64,000 nucleotides of DNA from an uncultured delta proteobacterium. GTDB taxonomy: Bacteria; Desulfobacterota; Binatia; DP-6. This document shows positions 30,619 to 41,094 of the stretch, piece after piece (position 1 is the first letter of the stretch; the number at the start of each line of letters is the position of its first letter). The notes below the pieces were generated by a model, which saw only the letters and a program-made list of their open reading frames with translations, did no database searches and was not told the origin of the DNA. The stretch spans positions 256,001 through 320,000 of the forward strand of contig CAWFFN010000012.1 in assembly GCA_963815115.1 (NCBI GenBank). The letters are read 5' to 3'. The translations under genes and the position numbers were made by a program.

Positions 30619-32187
30619 ATGGGACGGAAGATCCTCTTCATCACGACCGACCAGCAGCGCTACGATGCGCTCGGCTGCAACGGCGGCACGGTGGCGCGCA
30701 CGCCGGTCGCCGATCGGCTGGCGGCGTCGGGCATCAACTACCGGCGCGCCCACAACCAGAACGTGGTCTGCATGCCGGCGCGCTCGACGATGGTCACCGG
30801 GCAGTACGTCCGGACGCACGGCGTGGTCGCCAACGGCGTCGCCCTCCCGGCGGACGCGCCCAGCGTCGCGGCGCACCTGCACGCGCACGGCTATCGCACC
30901 GCGCTCCTCGGCAAGGCGCACTTCGAGCCCGCGATGGACATGCGCGGAAAGTGGACGGAGAACCGCCTCGGGCGCGAGGGCTCCTTCGGGCCGCACCGCG
31001 GCTTCGAGCACATGGAGCTCGCGATGCACGTCCCGCTCGGCGGCTGGCACTACTCGGTCTGGCTGCAGCGCGAGCATCCCGACGCCACCACGGGCTTCGC
31101 CCCGCTGCTGTCGGCGCAGGGCGGCGGTGAGACGGGGGCGCCGGAGGTGGCGTACAACCCGATCCCGCGCGAGTGGTACCACACCGACTGGGTGGCCGAC
31201 CGCACCATCGCGTGGCTCGACTCGCTGCCCGCGGCTGCCGACTGGTTCTGCTGGATGAGCTTCCCCGACCCGCACCATCCCTGGGACCCGCCCGCCTCGG
31301 AGGCGAAGCGGGTGCCGTGGCGCGAGCTCGACCTGCCGCCGGGCCATCCCGGGTCGCCGGAGAAGATCGTCGCCATCCTCGGACAGAAGCCGCGTCACTG
31401 GCTCGAGTGGTGGGAGGGACGCTGGCGCAACTACGAGGGCGGCCCGATGATGTTCATCCCGAAGGACCTGACCCACGATCAGATCCGGGAGGTCAACGCC
31501 CTCACCCACGTCGAGAACGAGCTCATCGACGAGGCGTGCGGCCGCGTCCTGCGCCGCATCGCCGAGCGGGGCTGGGACGCCGAGACCGACGTCTTCTTCA
31601 CCACCGATCACGGCGAGCTGCAGGGTGACTTCGGGCTGCTCTACAAGGGCCCGTATCACACGGACGCGTTGATGCGGATTCCGTTCATCTGGCACCCCGC
31701 TCCGGTCGCCGGTGTCGCGCCGGCCGTGATCGAGGAGCCCGTCGGACAGCTCGACCTCGCCCCCACCTTCTGCCGCATCGCCGGCGTCCCGGTGCCGGAG
31801 TGGATGCAGGGCGCGCCGTTGCCGACGTCGCCCGGCTCTGGACGCGAGCGCGTCCTCACCGAATGGGACAGCCAGTTCGCCCAGATCGGCATGCACCTGC
31901 GCACCATCTATCGCGACGGCTACATCTGCACGGTGTACGAGCAGACCACGCGCGGCGTGGGCTGGGATCTCGCCCGCATGATCGAGGGAGGGCCCGTCCC
32001 GCTGCCCGACCTCACGTACGACGGGACCGAGGGGGAGCTGTACGACGTGCGCGCCGACCCGCACCAGTGGCGCAACCTGTGGAGCGACCCCGGATATGCC
32101 GCGCTGCGCTCGGATCTGGTCGCCGATCTCCACGACCACTTGCCGCCGCCCCGGCCCCGGCCCCTGCCGGTGGAGGCGCCGGCATGA
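30619..32187 (+). CDS. Cys-type sulfatase
   Basis: 'ILFITTDQQR', 'CMPARS..TG' (CxPxR), 'GKAH', 'PDPHHP', 'TDHG'. Confidence 0.92.
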   Translation: MGRKILFITTDQQRYDALGCNGGTVARTPVADRLAASGINYRRAHNQNVVCMPARSTMVTGQYVRTHGVVANGVALPADAPSVAAHLHAHGYRTALLGKAHFEPAMDMRGKWTENRLGREGSFGPHRGFEHMELAMHVPLGGWHYSVWLQREHPDATTGFAPLLSAQGGGETGAPEVAYNPIPREWYHTDWVADRTIAWLDSLPAAADWFCWMSFPDPHHPWDPPASEAKRVPWRELDLPPGHPGSPEKIVAILGQKPRHWLEWWEGRWRNYEGGPMMFIPKDLTHDQIREVNALTHVENELIDEACGRVLRRIAERGWDAETDVFFTTDHGELQGDFGLLYKGPYHTDALMRIPFIWHPAPVAGVAPAVIEEPVGQLDLAPTFCRIAGVPVPEWMQGAPLPTSPGSGRERVLTEWDSQFAQIGMHLRTIYRDGYICTVYEQTTRGVGWDLARMIEGGPVPLPDLTYDGTEGELYDVRADPHQWRNLWSDPGYAALRSDLVADLHDHLPPPRPRPLPVEAPA

Positions 32188-32227
32188 CTCTTCTCCGACG
32201 GCCCGGATCGAGGTAAGGAGCACGGTC

Positions 32228-33415
32228 ATGCGCTTCGGTATCTTCCTCGCCCCCTTTCATCCCGTCGGTCAGAACCCGACCCTTGCGCTCGAGCGCGACC
32301 TGGAGATGATCTGCCACCTCGATCGCCTCGGCTACGACGAGGCGTGGATCGGCGAGCACCACTCCGCCGGCTACGAGATCATCCCGTCGCCCGAGGTCTT
32401 CATCGCCGTCGCCGCCGAGCGCACGCGCCACATCCGCCTCGGCACCGGGGTCAGCTCGCTTCCCTATCACCACCCCCTCATGCTCGCGGACCGGATGGTG
32501 CTGCTCGATCATCTGACGCGCGGGCGGATCATGCTCGGTGCGGGTCCCGGCGCGCTCGCCTCCGACGCGCACCAGATGGGCATCCCGGTGGATCGCCAGC
32601 GCGAGCGCATGGAGCAGGCGCTCGACGCCATCATGCAGCTGCTCGCGGGCGAGGGGCCGGTCGACATGGAGACCGACTGGTTCACGCTGCGCGACGCGCG
32701 GCTCCAGCTCCGGCCCTACACCCGGCCGCACTTCGAGATCGCCGTCGCCGCCATGGTGTCGCCCAGCGGACCGCGCGCGGCCGGCCGCTTCGGCATCGGG
32801 CTCCTCTCGATCGGCGCCACGCAGCGGGGCGGCTTCGACGCGCTCAAGACGGCGTGGGACATCTGCGAGTCCAAGGCGACCGAGCACGGCAAGTCGGTCG
32901 ACCGCGCCGGCTGGCGCCTGGTCGGACCGATGCACCTCGCCAGGACCGAGGAGCAGGCGCGGCGCGACGTCGAGTTCGGTCTCGCCGACTGGGTCGACTA
33001 CTTCCGGCGCGTCGCCGCGCTGCCGCTGGCGCCCGACACCGACGACACCGGCGAGCTGGTCGACGCCATGATCGAGTCCGGTCTCGCCGTCATCGGAACG
33101 CCGGAGATGGCCGTGGCGCAGATCGCGCGGCTCCAGGAGCAGTCCGGCGGCTTCGGCAGCTACCTGCTCATGGCCCACGACTGGGCGGATCGCGAGAACA
33201 CGTTGCGCTCCTACGAGCTCTTCGCGCGCGAGGTCATGCCCCACTTCCAGGACTCCGCCGTCTCGCTGGCCGCCTCGCGCGACTGGGCCGCGGAGAACCA
33301 CGAGCTCTTCGTCGGCCAGATGACCGGCGCCATCGCGAAGGCGATCTCCGAGCACTACGACGAGCAGTCGGCGCCGCCGCGCGACGAGGTCGCCGCAGGC
33401 GCACGGCGTCGCTGA
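32228..33415 (+). CDS. LLM-class flavin-dependent monooxygenase (limonene 1,2-monooxygenase-like)
   Basis: 'MRFGIFLAPFHP', 'EAWIGEHHS', 'RLGTGVSSLPYHHP', 'GPGALASD'. Confidence 0.9.
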   Translation: MRFGIFLAPFHPVGQNPTLALERDLEMICHLDRLGYDEAWIGEHHSAGYEIIPSPEVFIAVAAERTRHIRLGTGVSSLPYHHPLMLADRMVLLDHLTRGRIMLGAGPGALASDAHQMGIPVDRQRERMEQALDAIMQLLAGEGPVDMETDWFTLRDARLQLRPYTRPHFEIAVAAMVSPSGPRAAGRFGIGLLSIGATQRGGFDALKTAWDICESKATEHGKSVDRAGWRLVGPMHLARTEEQARRDVEFGLADWVDYFRRVAALPLAPDTDDTGELVDAMIESGLAVIGTPEMAVAQIARLQEQSGGFGSYLLMAHDWADRENTLRSYELFAREVMPHFQDSAVSLAASRDWAAENHELFVGQMTGAIAKAISEHYDEQSAPPRDEVAAGARRR

Positions 33416-33431
33416 CCGCCGGCGACACGTC

Positions 33432-34040
33432 ATGAAGCTCTACGACGCGAGGACGGCTCCGAACCCGCGCCGGGTCCGCATCTTCCTCGCCGAGAAGGGC
33501 ATCGAGGTGCCGGTCGAGCAGGTCGACATCGTGTCGGCGCAGAACCGCTCTCCCGAGTTCCGGACGAAGAACGCCATGGGCACGCTGCCGGTGCTCGAGC
33601 TCGACGACGGCACCACGATCGCGGAGAGCGTCGCGATCTGTCGCTACTTCGAGGAGGTCCACCGCGATCCGCCGCTCATGGGGACGGATGCGAAGGATCG
33701 CGCACTGGTCGAGATGTGGCAGCGCCGCATGGAGCTCGAGGTCTTCGTGCCGGTGACGCAGGTCTTCCGCAATGCCCACGCCTTCTTCAGGGGCCGGATC
33801 CCGCAGGTGCCGGAGTACGGCGAAGTGTGCCGCACGCACGCGCAGCAGCGCCTCGCGTGGCTCGACGGGGTGCTGGCCGACCGCCCCTTCGTCGCCGGGG
33901 AGCGCTACACCATCGCCGACATCACCGCGCTCTGTGGCATCGACTTCGGCCGCGTCAGCGACATCCGCATCCTGCCCGAGCAGACCAACCTGACGCGCTG
34001 GCACAACGCCGTCTCGGCCCGTCCCAGCGCGAAGGCCTGA
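33432..34040 (+). CDS. Glutathione S-transferase
   Basis: 'APNPRRVRIFLAEKG', 'LPVLELDDG', 'ESVAICRY', 'TIADIT'. Confidence 0.93.
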   Translation: MKLYDARTAPNPRRVRIFLAEKGIEVPVEQVDIVSAQNRSPEFRTKNAMGTLPVLELDDGTTIAESVAICRYFEEVHRDPPLMGTDAKDRALVEMWQRRMELEVFVPVTQVFRNAHAFFRGRIPQVPEYGEVCRTHAQQRLAWLDGVLADRPFVAGERYTIADITALCGIDFGRVSDIRILPEQTNLTRWHNAVSARPSAKA

Positions 34041-35429
34041 GTGGTCCGAGCGGCTCCGGAGCGGAGCGCGGCGGGACGGCTCGCGACCCGGGGTGCGGCG
34101 GCATTCCTGCTTCTCGGATGGCTCGCCGCGGCGGCGGCGCGCGCCGCAGACGGTCCCGACGCGGCGGCGTTCGCCGCCACTCTCGACGCGCTGGTCGCCG
34201 CCGAGCGTCCCCGGGGAGGCTGGACGTTCGCGCCGGCGGCGGACGGCGGGCGGCCGCAGCCCTTCACGCTGGTGATGCGGATGGCGGAGCGCGTCGCCCA
34301 GCCGCTCGGCCTCGCGCGCTGGGATCTGCTCGTGGTGCGCAGCCCCGGCACCCCGGCGGCCGGCTTGCTGCTGCTCGCCGGGAATCGGCTCACGGGCCGC
34401 GCGGACTATCTCGACGCCGCGCGCCGCGCGGGCGACCTGCTCGCCGCCGTGCAGCTTCCGTCCGGCGGCTGGTTCTCGGAGATGCCGGTGGAAGGCGAGC
34501 GGCTCGCCGCGTGGTTCCCGTGGGTGGCCGTGCGGACGACGCTCGACGACGACGTCACGCCGGGGGCGGTGCGCTTCCTGCTCGCGCTCTGGGAGCGCAC
34601 CGGCGACCCGCGCTACCGTGACGCGGCCCGGCGCGGGATCGACCTGCTGGTGCGCGCCCAGCTTCCCTCCGGCGCGTGGCCGCACTGCTGGCGCCCGCGC
34701 TGGCTGCGGGCGGTGCACGCGTCACGCGAGGACCACCCCAGCCTGAACGACGGCATGACCCCGCTCGCGATCGAGACGTTGCTGGTGGCGGCGCGGAGCC
34801 TCGGCCGCCCGGAGCTGCTCGCGGCCGCACGGCGCGGCGGCGAGTGGCTGCTCGCCGCGCAGCTCGCGCCGCCCCGGGCGGGCTGGGCGCAGCAGTACGA
34901 CGAGGGCGGGCGTCCCGCGGGCATGCGTCCGTTCGAGCCCCCGGCGCTGGCGTCCTGGGAGACGCGCCACGCGGTGGATGCGCTCGACGCGCTCGCGCGC
35001 ACCACCGGTGAGGCGCGCTGGTGCCGCGCCGTGCGGGCCGCCGCCGGCTGGCTGCGCTCGTCCGCGGTCGCGCCCGGATGCTGGGCCCGGTTCTACGGTC
35101 TCGACGACGGCGCCCCGATCTACCTCGATGCGATCGGGGCGCGCGTGGCGACCGCCGCCGCGGCGCGCCCGGGCTACGACTGGCGCGGCGACTTCGGCAT
35201 CGCCGCGCTGCTCGAGCGGCTGGCGCTGTCCGGGGCGCCGGCGCCGCCCGCGCCGCTCGCGGGCGATCCCGGCGCGTGTCCGGGCACGGTCGACGCGCTG
35301 CACGTGGGCCATGGAGCGCGCAGCCTGATGGCCGAGGCCGGCATGCAGCTCGCCGTGCTCGAGCCGCCGGGCATCTCGCCGTGCGCCGGCACGCCGGCCG
35401 AGCTTGTTGCCGCGGACGCCCTTCGCTAG
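34041..35429 (+). CDS. Secreted PL10-like pectate lyase / (alpha/alpha)-barrel protein
   Basis: Signal-like N-terminus, 'TLDDDVT', 'AQLPSGAWP', 'SLNDG', 'WAQQYD', 'RPFEPPAL', 'WARFY'. Confidence 0.72.
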   Translation: MVRAAPERSAAGRLATRGAAAFLLLGWLAAAAARAADGPDAAAFAATLDALVAAERPRGGWTFAPAADGGRPQPFTLVMRMAERVAQPLGLARWDLLVVRSPGTPAAGLLLLAGNRLTGRADYLDAARRAGDLLAAVQLPSGGWFSEMPVEGERLAAWFPWVAVRTTLDDDVTPGAVRFLLALWERTGDPRYRDAARRGIDLLVRAQLPSGAWPHCWRPRWLRAVHASREDHPSLNDGMTPLAIETLLVAARSLGRPELLAAARRGGEWLLAAQLAPPRAGWAQQYDEGGRPAGMRPFEPPALASWETRHAVDALDALARTTGEARWCRAVRAAAGWLRSSAVAPGCWARFYGLDDGAPIYLDAIGARVATAAAARPGYDWRGDFGIAALLERLALSGAPAPPAPLAGDPGACPGTVDALHVGHGARSLMAEAGMQLAVLEPPGISPCAGTPAELVAADALR

Positions 35430-35440
35430 GGTCCCGCGGG

Positions 35441-36055
35441 ATGATCGCCTGCCTCGACCTCGAGGGCGTGCTGGTGCCCGAGATCTGGATCAACGTCGCC
35501 GAGCGCACCGGCATCGCCGCGCTCCGGCGCACGACGCGCGACGAGCCCGACTACGACGAGCTGATGCGCGGCCGGCTCGCCATCCTGGACGAGCACCGTC
35601 TCGGCCTGCCCGACATCCAGGCCGTGATCGGGAGCATGGAGCCGCTCGACGGCGCGCTCGAGTTCCTGGCCTGGCTGCGGAGCCGCACCCAGGTCATCAT
35701 CCTGTCGGACACCTTCGTCCAGTTCGCGCAGCCGCTGCTCGGCAAGCTCGGCTGGCCGACGCTGTTCTGCAACTCGCTCGAGGTCGAGGGCACGGGACGC
35801 ATCGCGGGCTATCGGCTGCGGATCGCCGACGGCAAGCGCCGCGCGGTCGAGGCCCTGCGCGCGCTCAACTTCCGCGTCGTCGCCGCCGGCGACTCCTACA
35901 ACGACACGACGATGCTGGGCGCCGCCGACGCGGGCATCCTCTTCCGGCCGCCCGCGAACGTCATCACCGACTTCCCGCAGTTTCCCGTGACGCGGACCTA
36001 CGCCGAGCTGGCGGCGGCGATCGTGCGGCACGGCGGCGGCGAGATCGTGGCGTAG
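35441..36055 (+). CDS. thrH: Phosphoserine phosphatase / homoserine phosphotransferase
   Basis: '[13 protein letters not shown]', '[11 protein letters not shown]', 'ILSDTF', 'AAGDSYND'. Confidence 0.93.
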   Translation: MIACLDLEGVLVPEIWINVAERTGIAALRRTTRDEPDYDELMRGRLAILDEHRLGLPDIQAVIGSMEPLDGALEFLAWLRSRTQVIILSDTFVQFAQPLLGKLGWPTLFCNSLEVEGTGRIAGYRLRIADGKRRAVEALRALNFRVVAAGDSYNDTTMLGAADAGILFRPPANVITDFPQFPVTRTYAELAAAIVRHGGGEIVA

Positions 36056-36064
36056 CAGAGCGGA

Positions 36065-37936
36065 GTGCCGGCTCTGGCGCGACGATCCCGGGCGCCGGTC
36101 GCCGTCGCGGTGGCACTCCTCGCCGCCGCCTGCTTCTGGCCGAGCATCCGGCTCGGGCTGGAATGGGTCGATCAGGGGCACATCGTCTATCCCATCTGGC
36201 TGGTCGCTCGCGGCGCGCTGCCCTATCGCGACTTCCACCAGCTCTACGGCCCCTCGCTCTTCTTCCTGAACGGCGCCCTGATGCGCTGGTTCGGCGAGGA
36301 CCTGCTGGTGCTCCGCCTGGGCCTCCTCGCCGTGAAGGTCGCCCTGGCGGTTCTCGTCTTCCTGCTCTCCGGCAGGGTCGCGCGTCCGGCGATCGCGCTC
36401 GCCGTGACCGCGTGGCTGGTTGCCGTGTGGTGCTCCCCGCTGTGGCTGTTCTGGGCGCCCTACGGCGTGCACTACACCCTCGTCCTCGGTCTCGCCGGTG
36501 TGGCGATCCTGCTCGGCCCGTCCGCGCCCGTGCTGCGCGCGCTCGCCGCCGGGCTGTGCTTCGGCGCGGCCGCGACCTTCAAGCAGACGACGGGTCTGCT
36601 CGGCGCGGTGGGCGTCGCGGTGGCGCTGACGTCGGCGGGCGCAGAGGGCGGAGAGACGGATACGCTCGCCGGTCCCGCGCGCTTGCTCCGCCTGGCGATC
36701 GTCGTCGCGGCGGCGCTCCTGGCGCTCGCCTATCCCGCCGGCGGGCGCGGGGCGGTCCGCGGGATCTGGACCATGGCGCTGCTCGCCGCACCGCCCGTGC
36801 TCGCGCTGATCGCGGAGACGATGCGTGACCGCGGCAGCGAGCGCAGCCTGCGGGGCGGCCGCGGCCGGATCGCCCGGGTCCTGGCGTTCGGACTCGGCTT
36901 CGCCCTTCCGCTCGCCGCGTTCGCGGCGCTGTACGCGAGCCGGGGCGCGCTCGGCGACCTGATCCACGACACGCTGCTCGGCCTGCCCCAGCGCATCGAC
37001 TGGTTCGTTCCCTTCGAGCGGCCCGCCACCTCGACCCTCGTGTTCGGCGCGGCCCTCGTCGCGGGCGCCGGCGCACTCGCGGCGCCGGCCGGACGCGCGC
37101 GCACCGCGCTGCTCGGACTCGCGACGCTCGCGGTGGCGCTGATCGTCGGCGCGGTGCTGACGCGCGCACCCTGGGGCATCGTCGCGTGGCAGGTCTCGGA
37201 CTACCTGCCCGCGGCGCTGGTCTGGGTGTCGGCACCGCTGGCGCTGCGCCGGGGCGCGACGGCTCCCCGGCTCCTCTGGTGGTACGGCGCATTCACCTTC
37301 CTCTCGCTCTATCCGGCGGCCGACGTGCCGCACGGCCTGATGATCCTGCCGGTGGTGGTCCCGCTCCTCGCGCTCGTGCTCGAGCGCGCCCAGGTGGCCG
37401 CGGGAGAGGGCTGGCCGCCGCGACTGCTCGCCGCCGCACTGACCGGGCTGCCGCTGCTCATGCCCGCGGAGCAGGCGGTCGGGTTCCTCGCCGCGAGCGT
37501 CGCGTCGCGCCCGGCCGGCGTACTCACGTTCGCGCGCGCGTGCGGCATCTGGGGCGGTGACGCGCGCTCCGGCGAGATGCGCGAGGTGCTGGCGGCGCTC
37601 GACCGGACGGCGCCGCCGGGCGCCCCGGTGCTCGTGCTGCCGAGCGCGCAGCTCCTCTACTTCCTCGCCGACCGGCCGTCGCCACTGCCGCGGGCGGAGA
37701 TGGTCCTCTACCTCCTGACCGCCGGCCTGCTGCATCCCGACGACGCGCGCGCGCTGGCGCCGGAAGACGACCTGCTCGCCCGCCTCCGGGCGGCCCCGCC
37801 GGTCATCGTCCGCGGCGACGGCGACGACTGGCGGCGGATCGCAGCGACCTATCCCGCGCTCGCGACGTGGATCGACGCCAGCTACGCCCCGGTCGCCCGC
37901 GTGGGCACGCGCGAGATCCTGCGGCCGCGGGGCTGA
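36065..37936 (+). CDS. GT-C-like multi-pass membrane glycosyltransferase
   Basis: 'DQG..ARGALPYRDF..YGP', 'FKQTTG', many TMs, periplasmic C-terminus 'LYFLADR'. Confidence 0.72.
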   Translation: MPALARRSRAPVAVAVALLAAACFWPSIRLGLEWVDQGHIVYPIWLVARGALPYRDFHQLYGPSLFFLNGALMRWFGEDLLVLRLGLLAVKVALAVLVFLLSGRVARPAIALAVTAWLVAVWCSPLWLFWAPYGVHYTLVLGLAGVAILLGPSAPVLRALAAGLCFGAAATFKQTTGLLGAVGVAVALTSAGAEGGETDTLAGPARLLRLAIVVAAALLALAYPAGGRGAVRGIWTMALLAAPPVLALIAETMRDRGSERSLRGGRGRIARVLAFGLGFALPLAAFAALYASRGALGDLIHDTLLGLPQRIDWFVPFERPATSTLVFGAALVAGAGALAAPAGRARTALLGLATLAVALIVGAVLTRAPWGIVAWQVSDYLPAALVWVSAPLALRRGATAPRLLWWYGAFTFLSLYPAADVPHGLMILPVVVPLLALVLERAQVAAGEGWPPRLLAAALTGLPLLMPAEQAVGFLAASVASRPAGVLTFARACGIWGGDARSGEMREVLAALDRTAPPGAPVLVLPSAQLLYFLADRPSPLPRAEMVLYLLTAGLLHPDDARALAPEDDLLARLRAAPPVIVRGDGDDWRRIAATYPALATWIDASYAPVARVGTREILRPRG

Positions 37937-37953
37937 GCGCGCCCTGGAGCCGG

Positions 37954-38652
37954 TCACGACGGCAGCGGTCGCCCGAGCACGATGCAGCGCACCCAGTAGC
38001 GCAGCAGGCAGGAGAGCAGCTTCGCCGTCTCGGGGATGTGACGCATCTTCGAGCGTCCGGCGGCACGCGGCCGGTACTCGACCGGCACGTCGTGGATGCG
38101 ATGCCCGGCGAGCGTGATGAGCACGGCCAGCTCGGCGGCGTGCTCGAATCCCGGCTGCCGCAGCTGGGCGAGCGGCAGCGCGCCGCGCCGCAGGCCCTTC
38201 ATGCCCGTGTACACGTCGGTCGTGTGCTGGCGGTAGAGGACGTCGAAGAGCGCGCTCGCCATGCGGTTGCCGAGCCGGCGCACCACGGGCATGGCGGGCG
38301 GCCGGGGTCCGAGGAAGCGAGACCCGTAGACGACCGGGTGCTCGCGCAGCGCGCGCACGATGTCCGGGATCGCCTCGGGCGGATACTCGAGGTCCGCGTC
38401 GGCGATCACCACCAGCTCGCCATCCGACGCCGCGATGCCGTCGCGGATCGAGGCGCCGTAGCCTTCGTTGCGGGCGTGGCGGATCAGGCGGCCGCCCCGG
38501 CGCTCGATGCGGCTCACGGTGCCGTCCGTCGAGGCGTTGTCGACGAAGAGGAGCGCGTCGGCGTAGCCCAATCGGGCGACCCGGTCGTAGAACTCGTCGA
38601 TCGCCGCTTCCTCGTCGAGCACGGGGACGATGATGTCGAGCGGCCGGCTCAC
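37954..38652 (-). CDS. GT2 glycosyltransferase (DPM1-like)
   Basis: 'IIVPVLDE', 'VDNASTDGT', 'NEGYG', 'DADL', 'YGSRF', 'YRPRAAGRSK'. Confidence 0.9.
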   Translation of the reverse strand: MSRPLDIIVPVLDEEAAIDEFYDRVARLGYADALLFVDNASTDGTVSRIERRGGRLIRHARNEGYGASIRDGIAASDGELVVIADADLEYPPEAIPDIVRALREHPVVYGSRFLGPRPPAMPVVRRLGNRMASALFDVLYRQHTTDVYTGMKGLRRGALPLAQLRQPGFEHAAELAVLITLAGHRIHDVPVEYRPRAAGRSKMRHIPETAKLLSCLLRYWVRCIVLGRPLPS

Positions 38653-40205
38653 GCGCGCCGGCCGGGGTCGCGGGCTTCGCGCGCGGCCGGCGACTCGAGG
38701 GACGGCGGGACGACCGGGCCGACCCGGCCGCGAAGCCAGCGAGCGAGCGCCGTGTCGTCCAGGCGCTTGCGTGCGATGAGCCCGAGGATGCGGCCGAACG
38801 TGGCGGGCGTCTGGTAGACGGAGCGCACGTGCGGCTGCTCGACGTCGGGATTCCGGTAGTTGAGCGGGATCTCGACGATGCGCCGGCGGGAGCGCAGCAC
38901 CTCGATGGCCATCTCCACCAGGACCTCGACGCCGGTCGCCGTGAGCTGCGGGCGGATGGTGCGATACGTCGAGCGCCAGAAGGCGCGGTACCAGCAGCCG
39001 AGATCGGTGAAGCGAGGCTCGAAGCGCCACCAGGCGACCTCGAGCAGCTTCGCCAGCAGGATGTGCGACGCCCGGACCACGCCGCGCATGTTGGTGCCCT
39101 GCTCGATCATCTGGCGCGTCGTGCGCGTCCCCAGCACGAGATCGGCGTCACGCAGGTAGACCAGCAGCTTGCCGACGTCACGCGGCGAGAACGTGCCGTC
39201 GCTGGTGCACAGGACGAGAATGTCGCCGCGCGCGCTGTCGAGGCCGAAGGTGACGAGCGCTCCGGTGGGCAGGTCGGGCGTCGCGGGGGTGGCCAGGCGG
39301 ATCGTGGGATGGGCCGGCGCGGCCTCGAGCCCGGGCACGGGTCGCCGTGCGACCACCAGCACCTCGTCGAGCGACTCGTCGCCGGCGAACTCCAGGATCG
39401 GCGCCAGGGTCGCTGCGTTCGCGTCGTCGACCACGTAGACCAGGCTGACGGTCCGGGTGGCGAAGGTGGCGTCACGGGCGAGCGCGTTGGCCAGGTTCAA
39501 GTCGTCGCGCGAGTTGACGTTCACGTAGCGCCCGCGGAGGACGAAGGGCAGCACGGGGAGGCCGTCGTGGCAGAGCCCGCCCAGCCACGACGTCCAGTCG
39601 CGCGGGCCGTCGTCGGGGCGCGGCTCGAAGGCGCGCCGGAGCCGCTCCAGCACCTCGGGCGCCAGCAGGTAGGTCCCCGTCCCCATGCGCGTCCCGTGCA
39701 CCACCCGCGGCTTCTCCTCGAGGTCGACGATGCGGCCGCCCTGGACGCTGGCGACGTAGTTCTTGCGGATCTGCTTCGCGGACTCGCTCTCGATGATGCC
39801 GCAGACCGCCGCCGCGGCACGCAGGTCGGGCGCGAGCAGATCGCGATGGTTCGAGCCGATGTAGCACTCGTCCGCCAGGATCATGCAGCAGGGACCGTCG
39901 ATCGTGCGCGCGCCCAGGTAGACGGAGTAGGGCAGGTTCAGCTCGATGCGGTCGTTGGTGACGTAGCGGATGGCGACGCCGAGCTGGCGGCCGTCGCCGA
40001 GGTGCTCCCGGATCACCTCGCCGCGATAGCCGACCACCACCACGATCTCGCGCACGTCGAGCTGGTCGCGCAGCAGCTCGACGTTGCGCTGGACGAGGGG
40101 GACGCCGTCGACCTCGAGCATCGACTTGGGCACCCAGCGCGTGTACGGGTACGCCCGGACTCCCCTTCCTGCGGCGGGAATCAGGCCAACGAGTTCTGCC
40201 GACAT
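38649..40205 (-). CDS. Sugar-nucleotidyltransferase fused to a GT2 domain
   Basis: N-terminal 'IPAAGRGVR..T..PKSM', 'EEKP', 'NVNS'; C-terminal 'ARGDILVL..SDGTF', 'VLGTRT', 'TDLGC', 'VEIPLNY'. Confidence 0.85.
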   Translation of the reverse strand: MSAELVGLIPAAGRGVRAYPYTRWVPKSMLEVDGVPLVQRNVELLRDQLDVREIVVVVGYRGEVIREHLGDGRQLGVAIRYVTNDRIELNLPYSVYLGARTIDGPCCMILADECYIGSNHRDLLAPDLRAAAAVCGIIESESAKQIRKNYVASVQGGRIVDLEEKPRVVHGTRMGTGTYLLAPEVLERLRRAFEPRPDDGPRDWTSWLGGLCHDGLPVLPFVLRGRYVNVNSRDDLNLANALARDATFATRTVSLVYVVDDANAATLAPILEFAGDESLDEVLVVARRPVPGLEAAPAHPTIRLATPATPDLPTGALVTFGLDSARGDILVLCTSDGTFSPRDVGKLLVYLRDADLVLGTRTTRQMIEQGTNMRGVVRASHILLAKLLEVAWWRFEPRFTDLGCWYRAFWRSTYRTIRPQLTATGVEVLVEMAIEVLRSRRRIVEIPLNYRNPDVEQPHVRSVYQTPATFGRILGLIARKRLDDTALARWLRGRVGPVVPPSLESPAAREARDPGRRA

Positions 40206-40354
40206 CGCCGCACGAGGCCCCGCCGTCGTCGAGACCGGCGATCGGGTGCGCTCGGCTTAGCACCCGCTCCTCCGGGACGTCAACGCGCGCCTCGTGCGGG
40301 TGCACCGGCCTCGACACGTCAACGCGTCCCGTCGCGTCGGACGCCCGGTCGAGC

Positions 40355-41041
40355 TCAGCGCCGGCAGACGAGATTCTTGCCGCCGCCGAGCGGCGAGCAG
40401 ATCGGCGCGAAGGCGGTCCAGCAGTCGTCCCCCACTCGCAGGGTGACGCCGAGGTGGTCGGCGTTCGCCGCCGACAGATCGAGCGCGCGCGCCTTCGCCT
40501 TGAACGCGAAGAGGTCACCCTTGCGGGTGAGCTTGAGGGCCTTGATGCCGCTCGCGCTGACCGGCCTGGGCGGGCGCCACCGCCAGCTCTCGCGCAGGCC
40601 GCCGCCGCGGCGCGACCAGTACGGGCCGGCCACCGCCGGGTCGAGGGAGAGCCGCAGGATCTCGCCGTCGTGATCGGCGAGCCGGAGCTCGACCGCTTCC
40701 GACTCGGGGTGGATGATCGCTCCTTCCAGGTCACGCACGTCGAGCAGGTCGAGACGGTCGTCTCCCGCCGGCGGGAGGAGCGCCGACAGCTTTGCCCGAT
40801 GCACCATCCCGGTCGGGTGGTCGTCGAGACCGGGACAGAGATCGCACGCGTCGCCCACGCCATCACCGTCGGCGTCGGCCTGGTCGGCATCCGGGTCGGC
40901 GGGGCAGACGTCGCACAGGTCGGGACAGCCGTCACCGTCGTTGTCGGCGACCCCGCAGCCCGCCGGCAGGGTCGTGCACGCGGCACCCGCCAGGCGGACC
41001 AGGACGAACAGCAGGACGACGCCGAGCCCCCGACCGGTCAT
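40355..41041 (-). CDS. Secreted Cys-rich protein with thrombospondin type 3-like Ca-binding repeats
   Basis: Signal peptide; 'DNDGDGCPDLCDVCP..DADQADADGDGVGDACDLCP'. Confidence 0.8.
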   Translation of the reverse strand: MTGRGLGVVLLFVLVRLAGAACTTLPAGCGVADNDGDGCPDLCDVCPADPDADQADADGDGVGDACDLCPGLDDHPTGMVHRAKLSALLPPAGDDRLDLLDVRDLEGAIIHPESEAVELRLADHDGEILRLSLDPAVAGPYWSRRGGGLRESWRWRPPRPVSASGIKALKLTRKGDLFAFKAKARALDLSAANADHLGVTLRVGDDCWTAFAPICSPLGGGKNLVCRR

Positions 41042-41094
41042 GGTGCCGACCCTACCCCGGGGGCCGGCTGGCGGTCGAGGGAAATCGCGCGGCC

